Assembly: GCA_963816355.1 (NCBI GenBank)
Contig: CAWFKH010000001.1
Location: 384,001-448,000, forward strand
DNA: 64,000 bases
Source of the DNA: an uncultured Gemmatimonadales bacterium
GTDB taxonomy: Bacteria > Gemmatimonadota > Gemmatimonadetes > Longimicrobiales > RSA9
Direction: 5' to 3'
The first letter of the stretch is position 1. Each line of letters starts with the position of its first letter. This document shows positions 27,568 through 37,437 of the stretch, piece by piece. The position numbers and the translations under genes were made by a program. Under the pieces are notes generated by a model that was not told the origin of the DNA, searched no databases, and worked only from the letters and a program-made list of their open reading frames with translations.

Positions 27568-29637
27568 TCAGACCCCGGCCGACTCCAGCACGCGGATGGC
27601 GCCGCCCGGCTGCCACTCGGTGACGCAGCCCGCGATGGCGCTGGCCGCCACGGTGTACGGCGACGCGAGGTAGAGGTTGCCGGGCCCCGACCGTCCCGGG
27701 AAGTTGCGGTTCTGCGAGCTGATGGTGACCTCGGCGGCCGTGGCGCTCGTGCCGGGGCCGGCGGCGATGCACGCGCCGCAGCCCGGCTCGATGAACTCGG
27801 CGCCGACGTCGTCGAAGAGGTGCAGGTAGCCCTGGCGCTCGCAGTACTGCTTCACCTCCTGCGAGCCGCACTGGATGAACAGCTTGACGTCCGGGTGGAC
27901 GCGCAGCCCCTGTGCCCGCGCCTCGCCGAGCACGCGGGCGTACATGTCCATGTCCTCCTTCTTGCCCGCCGTGCAGGAGCCGGCGTAGGCGACGTCGATG
28001 CGGACCGGCTCGTCGTCGAGCTCGTCGATGTAGAGACCGTTGCCGGGGTCGCCCGGGAGCGCGACCATGGGGCGGATCGCGGACGCGTCGATCTCGATCA
28101 CCTTGACGTAGGTGGCGTCCGCGTCGGAGGCGAGGCCGTCGCAGAGGCGCTCGGCGGCGTCGCGTTCCATCCCGCGCTCGGCGACGAGGTACCCGACCGC
28201 CTTCGCGTCCGGCGCGACGATGCCGGTGAAGGCGCCCACCTCGGCGGCCATGTTGGTCATGGTGGCGCGCTCGTCGATGGAGAGCGCCTCCACCGCCTCG
28301 CCGGCGTACTCGATGATCTGGCCGATCGCCTGGCCGTCGCGGACGTAGGGGTGGCGCAGGATCTCCAGCATGAAGTCCTTCGCCGTGACGTTGTCCGGCT
28401 TGCGCCCGCGCACGACCACCTTGAACGAGGGCGGCACGGAGACGCGCACGTCCTTCGTGATCCACGAGTTGAAGATGGCGGTGGTGCCGACGCCGAAGGC
28501 GATCGCGCCGATCGCGCCGGAGTGCGGCGTGTGCGAGTCGGTGCCGACGATGAGCTGGCCCGGTTCGGCGTACTCCTCGAGCATCTTGGAGTGGCAGATC
28601 GCCTCCGAACCCAGGTGCAGCCCCAGCCGCTCGCCGTAGTAGATCACGCCCTGCTTCTTCGCGAACGCCTCCTGCTTGTCCTTGAGCTGGCGCGCGACGT
28701 CGAGCAGCCCGAGCTGCACGCGCTCCTGCGGCATCACCTGGTGCAGGTAGGTGAGGTGGTCGCGGAACATGATCACGGAGCCGGCGTCCTTGATGCGCGC
28801 GTCCGGCCCCAGCTTCTGCTCGAAGAAGATCGCCGCCATCGGCGTCACGTATTCGTGCGAGAAGCGCCAGTCGGCCACGACGAAGCCGCTCTCCCCGGCG
28901 CGCACCCAGGGCACGCCCCGCTCGCCCCGCGACGCGTCCACCACCCAGTGCCGCGCGAAGATCTTCTCCGCGATCGTCATCGGATGCGACGTCGCCGCGC
29001 CGCCGCCCGCGCGCTGCGCCTCGACCGGCGTCGTCTCGACCCGGCCCTGCAGCCGCGCCACGTTGAACTCGAAGAGGCCGCCGTACTCGATGATCTGGCG
29101 CGTGATCGGGTCCGCGTCCCGGGTGAACTCCTCGAGCGCGATCTCTTCACCGGAGCGGATGCGCTCGATCAGCGAGAAGTCGGTCGACGTCAGGATGCCC
29201 AGGTTCTGGCAGTTCTCGTTGTAGATGCGCTCGATGTTCTCGGCGATCACGACGCGGATCCCCGCCGTCATCTCGGCGTACGGCGACTGCTCGCGCGAGC
29301 TGCCCTTGCCGCGCCGCTTGCCGCTGACCGAGCAGACGAAGCCGCCCTTCCGGACCGCGCCGCGCCCGATCGGTGCCTCGCCGCCCGCGCGCAGCCCGAG
29401 ATACGGGAACTCGCCCAGCGTCTCGTCGAAGTAGTAGCAGATGTAGGCGGGCGTGATCTCGTCGGTCGAGATCTGGTCGCGCAGGCCCGCCTCCAGCGCC
29501 GCCTCCACCGTGATGTCCTCCCCCGCGAGCTGGCGCCGGATCAGGTCCGCATCGTCCACCAGGAAGAGGACGCGGCCAGCGAAGCGGAGGCGCGAGGGTC
29601 GTTTGCTGACATCGAGGCGGAGGAGATCGGAAGGCAT
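27568..29637 (-). CDS. Aconitase-superfamily hydratase with an N-terminal swivel domain (LeuD-LeuC-like fusion)
   Basis: DQISTDEITP and GKGSSREQ, then MTIAEKI, DHL, GTDSHT, GSCTAG, PGCGAC, NRNFPGR, LASP. Confidence 0.88.
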   Translation of the reverse strand: MPSDLLRLDVSKRPSRLRFAGRVLFLVDDADLIRRQLAGEDITVEAALEAGLRDQISTDEITPAYICYYFDETLGEFPYLGLRAGGEAPIGRGAVRKGGFVCSVSGKRRGKGSSREQSPYAEMTAGIRVVIAENIERIYNENCQNLGILTSTDFSLIERIRSGEEIALEEFTRDADPITRQIIEYGGLFEFNVARLQGRVETTPVEAQRAGGGAATSHPMTIAEKIFARHWVVDASRGERGVPWVRAGESGFVVADWRFSHEYVTPMAAIFFEQKLGPDARIKDAGSVIMFRDHLTYLHQVMPQERVQLGLLDVARQLKDKQEAFAKKQGVIYYGERLGLHLGSEAICHSKMLEEYAEPGQLIVGTDSHTPHSGAIGAIAFGVGTTAIFNSWITKDVRVSVPPSFKVVVRGRKPDNVTAKDFMLEILRHPYVRDGQAIGQIIEYAGEAVEALSIDERATMTNMAAEVGAFTGIVAPDAKAVGYLVAERGMERDAAERLCDGLASDADATYVKVIEIDASAIRPMVALPGDPGNGLYIDELDDEPVRIDVAYAGSCTAGKKEDMDMYARVLGEARAQGLRVHPDVKLFIQCGSQEVKQYCERQGYLHLFDDVGAEFIEPGCGACIAAGPGTSATAAEVTISSQNRNFPGRSGPGNLYLASPYTVAASAIAGCVTEWQPGGAIRVLESAGV

Positions 29638-29749
29638 CGCGTCGCGCTCGTTCGTTGGGGTTGAGGACCGTGCGGAATTTAACGGGAGAACGGGTGCAGG
29701 AAAGGCCACGGCGCCGCTAGATTCGTCGTGCACCTTCGGAGGACCCGCC

Positions 29750-30970
29750 ATGGCCGACCTCGCCGCCACCGCCGGATCGCGGACCACCGCCGCCGCGCCC
29801 GCAACCGCGCCGCCCCCGGACGTCGCGCCCGCACCCGCCGCGACCGCAGCCGCGCCGCGCCGCCTGCGCTCGCTCGACGTCTTCCGCGGCGCCACCGTCG
29901 CGGCGATGCTGCTGGTCAACAATCCGGGGAGCTGGGGCCACATCTACGCGCCGCTCGCGCACGCCGCGTGGAACGGCTGGACGCCCACCGACCTGATCTT
30001 CCCGTTCTTCGTCTTCATCGTGGGCGTGGCGGCGGTGCTGTCGTTCGCGAGCCGGCGCGCGCGCGGGGCGCGTCGCAGCGACCTCGTGCGGAAGGTGGTG
30101 AGCCGCGCGGCGGTGATCTTCGCGGTGGGGCTGGTCATGAACGGCTTCCCCACCTACGACGTCGGCTCGATCCGCATCATGGGCGTGCTGCAGCGCATCG
30201 CGCTCGCCTACCTCGTCGGCGGGCTGATCGTGCTGTACACGCGGGAGCGCGGGCGCGTGGTCGCCGCCGCGATCCTGCTCTACGGCTACTGGGCGCTGCA
30301 GACGCTCGTGCCGGTGCCGGGCACGCACGGCCGCGCGGGCGTGCTCGAGCCCGGCCTCGACCTCGGCGCGTGGATCGACCGCACCGTCCTCGGCGCGCGG
30401 CACCTCTGGATCTACTCCGCCACGTGGGACCCCGAGGGCCTCCTCTCCACGATGGGCGCCGCCGCCACGCTGCTCCTCGGCTCCCTCGCGGGCGAGTGGC
30501 TGCGCTCGGACCGTTCCACCCACGAGAAGACCGTCGGCCTGCTCCTCGCCGGCAACCTCGCGCTCGCCCTCGGCCTCGCCTGGAACGCCGCCCTGCCGAT
30601 CAACAAGAACCTGTGGACCGGCTCCTACGCCGTCTTCACCGCCGGCTTCGCCGCCGTCACCCTCGCCTTCTCGTACTGGATCGTCGACGTCCGCGGCCAC
30701 GGCGGCGCGTGGACCGCGCCGTTCGTCGCCTTCGGCACCAACGCCATCGCCGCCTTCTTCCTCTCCGGGGTCTTCACCCGCGGCCTGAACCTGATCCGCG
30801 TCGGCGAGGGAGCGCGTGCGACGTCGCTCTACGCATGGCTCTACGCCCACCTCTTCCTGCCCTGGCTCGGCCCCTTCGACGCGTCGCTCGCCTTCGCCCT
30901 CACCTACGTCGCGCTCTTCACCGCGCTCGTGATGGCGATGCAGCGTCGCGGCATCGCCATCAAGGTGTGA
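29750..30970 (+). CDS. DUF5009 / heparan-alpha-glucosaminide N-acetyltransferase-like membrane protein
   Basis: RLRSLDVFRG, LVNNPG, HAAWNGWTPTDLIFPFF, GVLQRI, DPEGLL, PINKNLWT. Confidence 0.88.
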   Translation: MADLAATAGSRTTAAAPATAPPPDVAPAPAATAAAPRRLRSLDVFRGATVAAMLLVNNPGSWGHIYAPLAHAAWNGWTPTDLIFPFFVFIVGVAAVLSFASRRARGARRSDLVRKVVSRAAVIFAVGLVMNGFPTYDVGSIRIMGVLQRIALAYLVGGLIVLYTRERGRVVAAAILLYGYWALQTLVPVPGTHGRAGVLEPGLDLGAWIDRTVLGARHLWIYSATWDPEGLLSTMGAAATLLLGSLAGEWLRSDRSTHEKTVGLLLAGNLALALGLAWNAALPINKNLWTGSYAVFTAGFAAVTLAFSYWIVDVRGHGGAWTAPFVAFGTNAIAAFFLSGVFTRGLNLIRVGEGARATSLYAWLYAHLFLPWLGPFDASLAFALTYVALFTALVMAMQRRGIAIKV

Positions 30971-31037
30971 GCGCGCCCCCGCCCGCAGAGTGTGGCCGGG
31001 AGCGCGCTCCGTCTGGCGGCGCGGACCGCCCGCGGGG

Positions 31038-31259
31038 TCACGGCCGGCCCGACGTGTCCACCCGGATCTCGGGGACCTCGACCGTCGTGGTGTCCGTGCC
31101 CACCTCCACGCGCGCCGGGTCCACGTCGTACTTCGGCAGCTTGCCGCCCTGCACATCGACGTCCGGCGCCTCGCCCTCCTCGGTCTGGTGCACCGTGCAC
31201 GCGCCGAGCGCCAGCGCCAGCGCGGGGACGGAGAGCCATACGGGGAATCGTCGCTGCAT
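31038..31259 (-). CDS. Small lipoprotein
   Basis: Lipobox LGAC; QTEEGEAPDVDVQGGKLPKYDV; GGAGG RBS. Confidence 0.75.
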   Translation of the reverse strand: MQRRFPVWLSVPALALALGACTVHQTEEGEAPDVDVQGGKLPKYDVDPARVEVGTDTTTVEVPEIRVDTSGRP

Positions 31260-31408
31260 GAGGACCTCCATTGTTCGTAATCCGTTGCCTTTCATCGGTT
31301 TGCACGCTACATGAGGCAAGATGCAGACCGCCGGCGGGTAGGGATCTTGCACGCCACGCCGACCATGCCACCCACGCGTCGACCCATGAGCCGCGCTCCG
31401 ACCGGGCC

Positions 31409-32245
31409 ATGACCTCGCCCCCGATCCCACCTCCGATCCGGCACGCGACCCGACCCCCGATCCGGCACGCGACCCGGTCCGGGGTCCGGCCGGCGCTCGC
31501 CGCGCTCGCGCTCGCCGCGGCGCTCGCCGCCTGCGGATGCTCGCGCCCCGCGCACCAGCGCCGCGAGACGAGCGCGGCGCGCACCCCCTCCGGCCGCCTC
31601 GCCGTGCCGGTCGAGACGGTCGACACGACCACGCCGCCGCCCGCGGCGGCGGCCGACACCGCCGCGGCGCCGCCGGGCGCGCCGTCGCAGCCGGGCGACA
31701 CCACCGCGGCGCCGGCGGGGGCGCCGCCGCAGCCGGCCGACACCGCGGCCGGGGGCGCCGCGCAGCCGGCCGACACCGCCGCGCCCCCCGCCGCCGCGCC
31801 GCCGGACAGCGGCGCGTGGGCGACGCACGCGGTCGCGGCGACGCGCGCGGCGGCCGGCGTCGCCACGCTGCGCCAGGTGCGCTTCGCCCGCCACGAGGAC
31901 TTCGACCGCGTCGTCTTCGAGTTCGACGGCGCGCTGCCCGGCTACCGCGTGGCCTACGGCTCGGCGCCGGCGGCGGCGTGCGGGTCCGGCCGTCCGGTCG
32001 CGGTGGCGGGCGCCGCCCACTTGGAGACGACATTCACGGGCGCACGCGCGCACGACGACGCGGGCCGCTCCACCGTCGACGCGCGGTCGGCGGCTCCGGG
32101 GCTCCCGAACCTCCGCGCGGCGGCGCTCACGTGCGACTTCGAAGGCCACGTCGCCTGGACGTTCGGCTTCGCCGGCCGCGCGCCCTTCCGCGTGCTCGAG
32201 CTGCGCGCGCCACCCCGGATCGTCCTCGACGTCCGGCACCCTTGA
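31409..32245 (+). CDS. Lipoprotein with a Pro/Ala linker and AMIN-like domain
   Basis: LAAC lipobox; VRFARHEDFDRVVFEF...DFEG...FRVLEL..PPRIVLDV. Confidence 0.7.
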   Translation: MTSPPIPPPIRHATRPPIRHATRSGVRPALAALALAAALAACGCSRPAHQRRETSAARTPSGRLAVPVETVDTTTPPPAAAADTAAAPPGAPSQPGDTTAAPAGAPPQPADTAAGGAAQPADTAAPPAAAPPDSGAWATHAVAATRAAAGVATLRQVRFARHEDFDRVVFEFDGALPGYRVAYGSAPAAACGSGRPVAVAGAAHLETTFTGARAHDDAGRSTVDARSAAPGLPNLRAAALTCDFEGHVAWTFGFAGRAPFRVLELRAPPRIVLDVRHP

Positions 32246-32377
32246 AAGACCGGAAATTAGGTCGCTGCCCCCGTCAACTATTTCGCAGTGCGCCGTTGCG
32301 CCCGCTCCACTGTGGCGCCGCGCCGCCGGCGACCGCCGCGAGCCGGGAATCGCTCGTAGTCGCGGAATACAAGGGAC

Positions 32378-32534
32378 TTGACGCCGTTGCGCGGCTGCCG
32401 CACTTTGAAACCCGACGAGCCGGCAGGGTTTGGCCCGGCTCGTGCCCAGGCCTCCCAAGCCGACACGCCAGCCCGATCTCTTCCCCTGTTGGGGTAAGGG
32501 GGGTCGTGTCGGCTGTATCTGCTTGGGAGCCTTG
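32378..32534 (+). promoter_or_regulatory. Putative promoter and structured 5' UTR of the large surface protein
   Basis: TTGACG-N17-CACTTT; hairpins 32415-32443 and 32452-32529. Confidence 0.55.
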
Positions 32535-32596
32535 CATTGGGGATGGCCGCAGTGGCCGTCCCGAAACCCGCACCCCCCCGAATGAGGAGGAGGAGC

Positions 32597-35242
32597 ATGA
32601 AGTCTCGAACGTCAGGTTTCTGGCGTCTCGTGGCGATCGGCGCGGTCTTGACGGCCGCCGCCTGTCAAAACGAGAAGATCACCGTCCCGACACCGCAGCT
32701 CACCGTCTCCGTCGCGCCGCAGAACTCGCAGATCGCGGTCGGCGAGACGGTGCAGATGGTGGCGACGGTGTCGCCGTCGACGGCGTCGCAGTCCGTCACG
32801 TGGGCCTCGCAGTCGCAGTCGATCGCGACGGTGAACGCGTCCGGCCTGGTGACCGGCGTCGCCGAGGGCACCGCGGTGATTACGGCTACGGCGAGCGACG
32901 GCACGGTGGGCACGGCGTCCGTGCAGGTGAGCGCGGGCGGTTCTTCCACGCAGCCGACGGTCTCGATCATCTCGATCACGAACCCGGTGACGGGCGCGAC
33001 GATCAACCCGACGGCGGTCGGCGGCACCGTTGACGTGAACCTGAACGTCAACATGGAGGCCGGTCAGGTCGGCACGATCAAGCTGTTCATCGGCCAGACG
33101 AACGTCTGCGAGCAGACGGTGAGCGGTGGCGCGTCGGTCGAGTCGACGGAGGCGGTGCAGACGGTGGTCTGCAACGTGAACACCGCCGCCTTCGACGCGG
33201 GCACGCCGCAGGGCACGCCGCACTTCCTCAACGACATGTACGACCTCAACGCCAGCCTGGAGCAGGACGGCCAGCAGGTCGCCAGCGCCAGTGAGCAGAT
33301 CGTCATCTTCAACGCGAACATCGTGGTCGTCTCGATGAGCGCGCCGAACACGGCGACGAACCCGAACACCGGCCTCTCGTGGATCGGCAACGGGGACGTG
33401 ACCGCGACGGCGATGCCGGTCATCTACGGCCCGACGGCCGGCGGCTCCAACGTGGACCGCGTCACCTTCACGCTCAACGCGCCGGCGGGCTCGAACACCG
33501 CCAACGGCACGGCGGGCACGGCGGTGCAGACGGACCTCGACGGGTCGGACGGCTTCTCCGCCGTCTTCCCGAAGAGCAAGACGCTCGCGAGCGGCGGCTC
33601 CGGCAACGTGGAGAACACCAACGCCACGGTGAGCGTCGCGACGATCATCTCGACGTTCAACGGGCCGAACGGCGTCTCGACGTCCGCGCAGCTCGACAAC
33701 GTCGCGCCGGTCGTCACCCTCTTCGACATCACGCCGGCGACGCTCGGCTGCGCCAATCCGGGGGGCTGCTTCGTCAACGGCGCCTTCACCTTCGCCATCC
33801 GCCCCGGCTTCTTCGCGGCGGCTGACGCGGGCGTCGACAACACCACGGCGACCTTCGCGGCCGGTCCGGCCGCCGGCCCGTTCGTGGACGTCACGTCCGG
33901 TGCGGATCTCGCCGAGACCGTCACCCCGACCCTCGTCCTGCGGGCGACCGTGGTCGACGGGCTGGGCAACTCGAAGGTCGTCTTCGCCAGCGCCAACGCG
34001 GCCGTTCCGGCCACGACGGTCGCCGGCTCGCTGGCCTTCGGCATCGACCTGACGAACCCGACCGCCGCCTTCGCGGCCGGTCCGGCGAACAACTCGACGA
34101 ACACCGGCAACTTCACCTGGCAGATCTCCTTCTCGGATGCGGGCGTCGGGCCTTCCGGCTTCGGCGTCAATCCGGTGCAGGTGCGTCTGATGCAGGTGCT
34201 GCCCGGCGGCTCGACCTGCTACCAGCCGGACAACGCGTTCACTGGCACCGTCGTGCCGTGCACGACCGCCGGCGGCGCGGTGAACTACATCGCCGACGAC
34301 GGCACGGTCGCGCTGGACCCGACGGTTCCGGGCACCGGCGACGGCTACTGGGTGATCGAGGCGTTCGTGGTCGATCAGGCCGGGAACGCGAGCACCACGC
34401 TGATGCGCGTGACGCTCAACGACCTGACGGCTCCGGTGGTCGGCGGCATCTCCTCGCCGTCCTCGCTGCCGGGCGGCGCTTCGGCCAGCTTCTCGGCCGC
34501 GATGTCCGACAACGTCGACCTCGGCTCCTTCACGCCGTACTACACGTTCACGACCGGTGACATCATCGAGTACCCGGCCGTCACGCTGGGCACGTACGGC
34601 ACCGACGCCCTGGTCAGCACGGTCACCGGCGTCTTCACGGATCCGTTCTTCCTGAAGAGCCTCGAGAGCACCACCCTGGCCGGACGGGCCAGCACCACGA
34701 CCGAGACGAACAACACGGTCAGCTTCGACGTGTTCGACGTCGCCGGCAACACGATCACGCAGACCACGAACATCAACGGCGCGGTGCTGTTCGCCGATCC
34801 GAACGCGGGCCAGTCGCTCACGCTGACGAACCCGACGGTGTTCGCTCCGGCGAACGCGGCGCACGGTAACTTCCTGCAGCTCGCGCCGACGAACGCGACG
34901 GTCTGCAACGCCGCCAGCGCGGCGGCGTGCACGACGAATCCGACGACCACGACTCTGTCGGCCACCATGACGGGTCCGAACGCGACGTTCGCGAATCCGT
35001 TCGTGGCGGTGAACTTCTACTACGCCTCGGGTGGTCGCTTCCACCTGATCGGCGCCGGCACGGCGGCCGCGACGGACAACACCGTCACGAGCACGCGCAC
35101 GTGGACGTACACGGTCACGTCCTGGGATCCGCCGGCGAGCCTCGGTACGGCCGCTGCGATTCCGGTGGTCGCGATCGGGATCACGTCGGGCGGCAAGGGC
35201 CTCGTGTCCAACGCCCAGAACGTGCAGATGGCCGCCAACTGA
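32597..35242 (+). CDS. Large Ig-like (Big_2) domain surface lipoprotein, S-layer-like
   Basis: Lipobox AAAC; VSVAP..VGETVQ..VTWAS..IATVNASGLVTGV; T/A/N/V-rich; GAGGAGGAG RBS. Confidence 0.8.
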   Translation: MKSRTSGFWRLVAIGAVLTAAACQNEKITVPTPQLTVSVAPQNSQIAVGETVQMVATVSPSTASQSVTWASQSQSIATVNASGLVTGVAEGTAVITATASDGTVGTASVQVSAGGSSTQPTVSIISITNPVTGATINPTAVGGTVDVNLNVNMEAGQVGTIKLFIGQTNVCEQTVSGGASVESTEAVQTVVCNVNTAAFDAGTPQGTPHFLNDMYDLNASLEQDGQQVASASEQIVIFNANIVVVSMSAPNTATNPNTGLSWIGNGDVTATAMPVIYGPTAGGSNVDRVTFTLNAPAGSNTANGTAGTAVQTDLDGSDGFSAVFPKSKTLASGGSGNVENTNATVSVATIISTFNGPNGVSTSAQLDNVAPVVTLFDITPATLGCANPGGCFVNGAFTFAIRPGFFAAADAGVDNTTATFAAGPAAGPFVDVTSGADLAETVTPTLVLRATVVDGLGNSKVVFASANAAVPATTVAGSLAFGIDLTNPTAAFAAGPANNSTNTGNFTWQISFSDAGVGPSGFGVNPVQVRLMQVLPGGSTCYQPDNAFTGTVVPCTTAGGAVNYIADDGTVALDPTVPGTGDGYWVIEAFVVDQAGNASTTLMRVTLNDLTAPVVGGISSPSSLPGGASASFSAAMSDNVDLGSFTPYYTFTTGDIIEYPAVTLGTYGTDALVSTVTGVFTDPFFLKSLESTTLAGRASTTTETNNTVSFDVFDVAGNTITQTTNINGAVLFADPNAGQSLTLTNPTVFAPANAAHGNFLQLAPTNATVCNAASAAACTTNPTTTTLSATMTGPNATFANPFVAVNFYYASGGRFHLIGAGTAAATDNTVTSTRTWTYTVTSWDPPASLGTAAAIPVVAIGITSGGKGLVSNAQNVQMAAN

Positions 35243-35283
35243 GGGCCTGACGCTTCAACCCCTTCCTCCGGGAAGGGAAGGAG

Positions 35284-35316
35284 AGGGCTCCACCCCGCGA
35301 GGGGTGGGGCCCTTTT
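35284..35316 (+). terminator. Intrinsic terminator
   Basis: AGGGCTCCACCCC-GCGA-GGGGTGGGGCCCT followed by TTT. Confidence 0.8.
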
Positions 35317-35338
35317 CGTTTGGCGGCCGGTGCTGCGG

Positions 35339-35995
35339 TCAGGGAAGAAGGGCGAGGAGCTCGGTGGGGGATGCGAGCACGGTGGCCCGGACGGCCGCGG
35401 CGGCTTCCTGGAGCGGGGGACGGTGTTCGGGGGGACGGGACCAGAGGACAGCGACGGGGTGGACGCCGGCGGCGGCGGCGGCTTCGAGGTCGCCGCGGGT
35501 GTCGCCCACGTAGATGGCGTCGGAGGCCGGGAGGCCGAGCGCCGCGAGCGCGGCGTGGATGCCGCGGGGGCTGGGTTTCGGCTCGTCGACGTCGTCGTCG
35601 AAGACGAGCGCGTCGAAGCCGTCGAGGTCGGCGAAGGCGCGGGTGATGCGCCAGGCGCGGCGGCTCTTGCCGGTCACGATGGCGGTGCGGAGGCCGGCGC
35701 GGCGCAGGCCCGCGAGCGCGTCGGCGACGCCGGGGAAGAGGCCGCCGAAGAGGGTGGGGTGCAGCGCCTCGTAGTGGCGGAAGAAGCCGTCGAGGCAGTC
35801 GTCGAGGCGATCCGGGTCGGGCAGCAGCGCGGCGAGGAAGCGGGTCTCGGAGGTGGGGCGGGCGGCGAAGATCTCCTCGTCCGCGATGCGGCGGCCGAGG
35901 AACGGCTCGAGCGCGCAGCGATACGCTTCGAGGTAGAGGGCGCGCGAGTCGACGAGGGTGCCGTCGAGGTCGAAGAGCGCCGCGCGCAGGCTCAC
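35339..35995 (-). CDS. HAD family hydrolase
   Basis: LFDLDGTLVDS, VTGK, KPSP, YVGD..GD. Confidence 0.9.
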   Translation of the reverse strand: MSLRAALFDLDGTLVDSRALYLEAYRCALEPFLGRRIADEEIFAARPTSETRFLAALLPDPDRLDDCLDGFFRHYEALHPTLFGGLFPGVADALAGLRRAGLRTAIVTGKSRRAWRITRAFADLDGFDALVFDDDVDEPKPSPRGIHAALAALGLPASDAIYVGDTRGDLEAAAAAGVHPVAVLWSRPPEHRPPLQEAAAAVRATVLASPTELLALLP

Positions 35996-36543
35996 GCGCC
36001 GAGCGCTCCGTCCTCCTCGTCGAAGCCGCCTTCGCCGTCCTCGCCGTCGTCGAAGCCGTCGCCATTGCCGTCGTAGCCGACGCCGTCGTCGTAGCCGACG
36101 CGGTCGCCGAAGCCGCCATCGTCGCCGCCATCGTCGTCGCCGGGCAGCGCCTCTCCCACTTCGACGAGGAGGGGGACCTCCGCCTTCAGGTCGTTGTCGA
36201 TGAAGACGGCGAAGAGGTACTCGCCGCCCACGGTGAGCCGAAGGTTGTTGATGGTGAGGATCTCGCTGGTGGCGACGGTGTCGATGGGGCCGCCGCCGCG
36301 CGGGACGAATTCGCCGTCGAGCTGGAGGACCCGTCCGCCGTCCGGGTCGTGAAGCCGGATCTCGATGCTGTGGGGGCGGTCGCGCTCGACGGCGTGCGCC
36401 TCGACGCGCAGGATGAACTGCATCTGCGGATGCAGCGCCGGGAGCGCGGGTACGCGGATCCGATCGAAGATGCCGAGGATGTTGAGCTTGCCCTCGGCGG
36501 TGATGTTCGCGCAGTCGGCGATCATCGCGAGCTTGACCTGCAT
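35992..36543 (-). CDS. DUF6941-like protein with an acidic Gly/Asp tail
   Basis: MQVKLAMIADCANITAEGKLNILGIFDRI. Confidence 0.7.
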   Translation of the reverse strand: MQVKLAMIADCANITAEGKLNILGIFDRIRVPALPALHPQMQFILRVEAHAVERDRPHSIEIRLHDPDGGRVLQLDGEFVPRGGGPIDTVATSEILTINNLRLTVGGEYLFAVFIDNDLKAEVPLLVEVGEALPGDDDGGDDGGFGDRVGYDDGVGYDGNGDGFDDGEDGEGGFDEEDGALGA

Positions 36544-36723
36544 CGGACCTCTCTGTCGTGGGCTTCGTCGCGCGCGGCGCGGGCGGCCGCCGGAATGCGA
36601 GGTACTCCGATCGCGGCTCCAAGTTCGCGGCGCGGCCGGCTCGCGGCCAGGGGCGCGAAACCCGCGGCCATGGCGCAGGGTACGGTGGTACGGCTGGATC
36701 ACACTCCCCCGAAGCGGCCGTGC

Positions 36724-37437
36724 ATGAAGGAGATCTCCCCCCGCAAGACCGAGCGCTTCGACCGGCGCTTCCGCCGGGCGCTGCGGGCGGGGCTGCTGCT
36801 GTCGCTCCTCCTGCACGCCGGCCTCTTCCTGCTCTGGCGCGGCACGCGGCTGCCGCGCTCCCCCTTCTCCGCGGCCGGCCCCCAGGCGGGCGACGACCGC
36901 GCGGCGGCGGGCGGCGGCATGCGCGCCGTGAAGTTGGCGGTCGTCGCGCCCGCGGCGGCGGCGAAGCCTCCTCGCCCGGTCCCGGTCCCGGACGCGGTGG
37001 CGGAGCCGAAACCGGAGCCGCAGCCGCAGCCGCAGATCAGCGTGGCGTCGGCGCCGGCGGCGGTGAACGCGGTGGTCGGCACGCTCGGCTCCGGCGACGC
37101 AGCGAGGCGCGGGCCGGGGCGTGCGGACGGGACCGGCCAGGGCGCGGGCGGGACGGAAGCGGAGGGCCGCTTCCGCGTCGTGCCGCCCTCCCCGCGCGGG
37201 CTGATCCTGCCGCCGCCCGACCGGCCGAAGAGCGTGCGAGGCAAGGAGATCGCGGTATGGGTGTTCGTCTCCGCGGCCGGCGACGTCGTGTCGGACTCGA
37301 CGCGGCTGGACCCGACGACCGGCAACCGCGGCTTCGACAACCGCCTCAGGGATCTCGCCGCCGAGTGGGTCTTCGAGCCGGCGCGCCGCGACGGACGCGC
37401 GGTGGCGGAGTGGTTCCGCTACGTTCTGGTGATGTGA
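36724..37437 (+). CDS. TonB C-terminal-like protein
   Basis: TM anchor SLLLHAGL, Pro-rich linker, VFVSAAGDV...WVFEPARRDG; start uncertain. Confidence 0.7.
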   Translation: MKEISPRKTERFDRRFRRALRAGLLLSLLLHAGLFLLWRGTRLPRSPFSAAGPQAGDDRAAAGGGMRAVKLAVVAPAAAAKPPRPVPVPDAVAEPKPEPQPQPQISVASAPAAVNAVVGTLGSGDAARRGPGRADGTGQGAGGTEAEGRFRVVPPSPRGLILPPPDRPKSVRGKEIAVWVFVSAAGDVVSDSTRLDPTTGNRGFDNRLRDLAAEWVFEPARRDGRAVAEWFRYVLVM

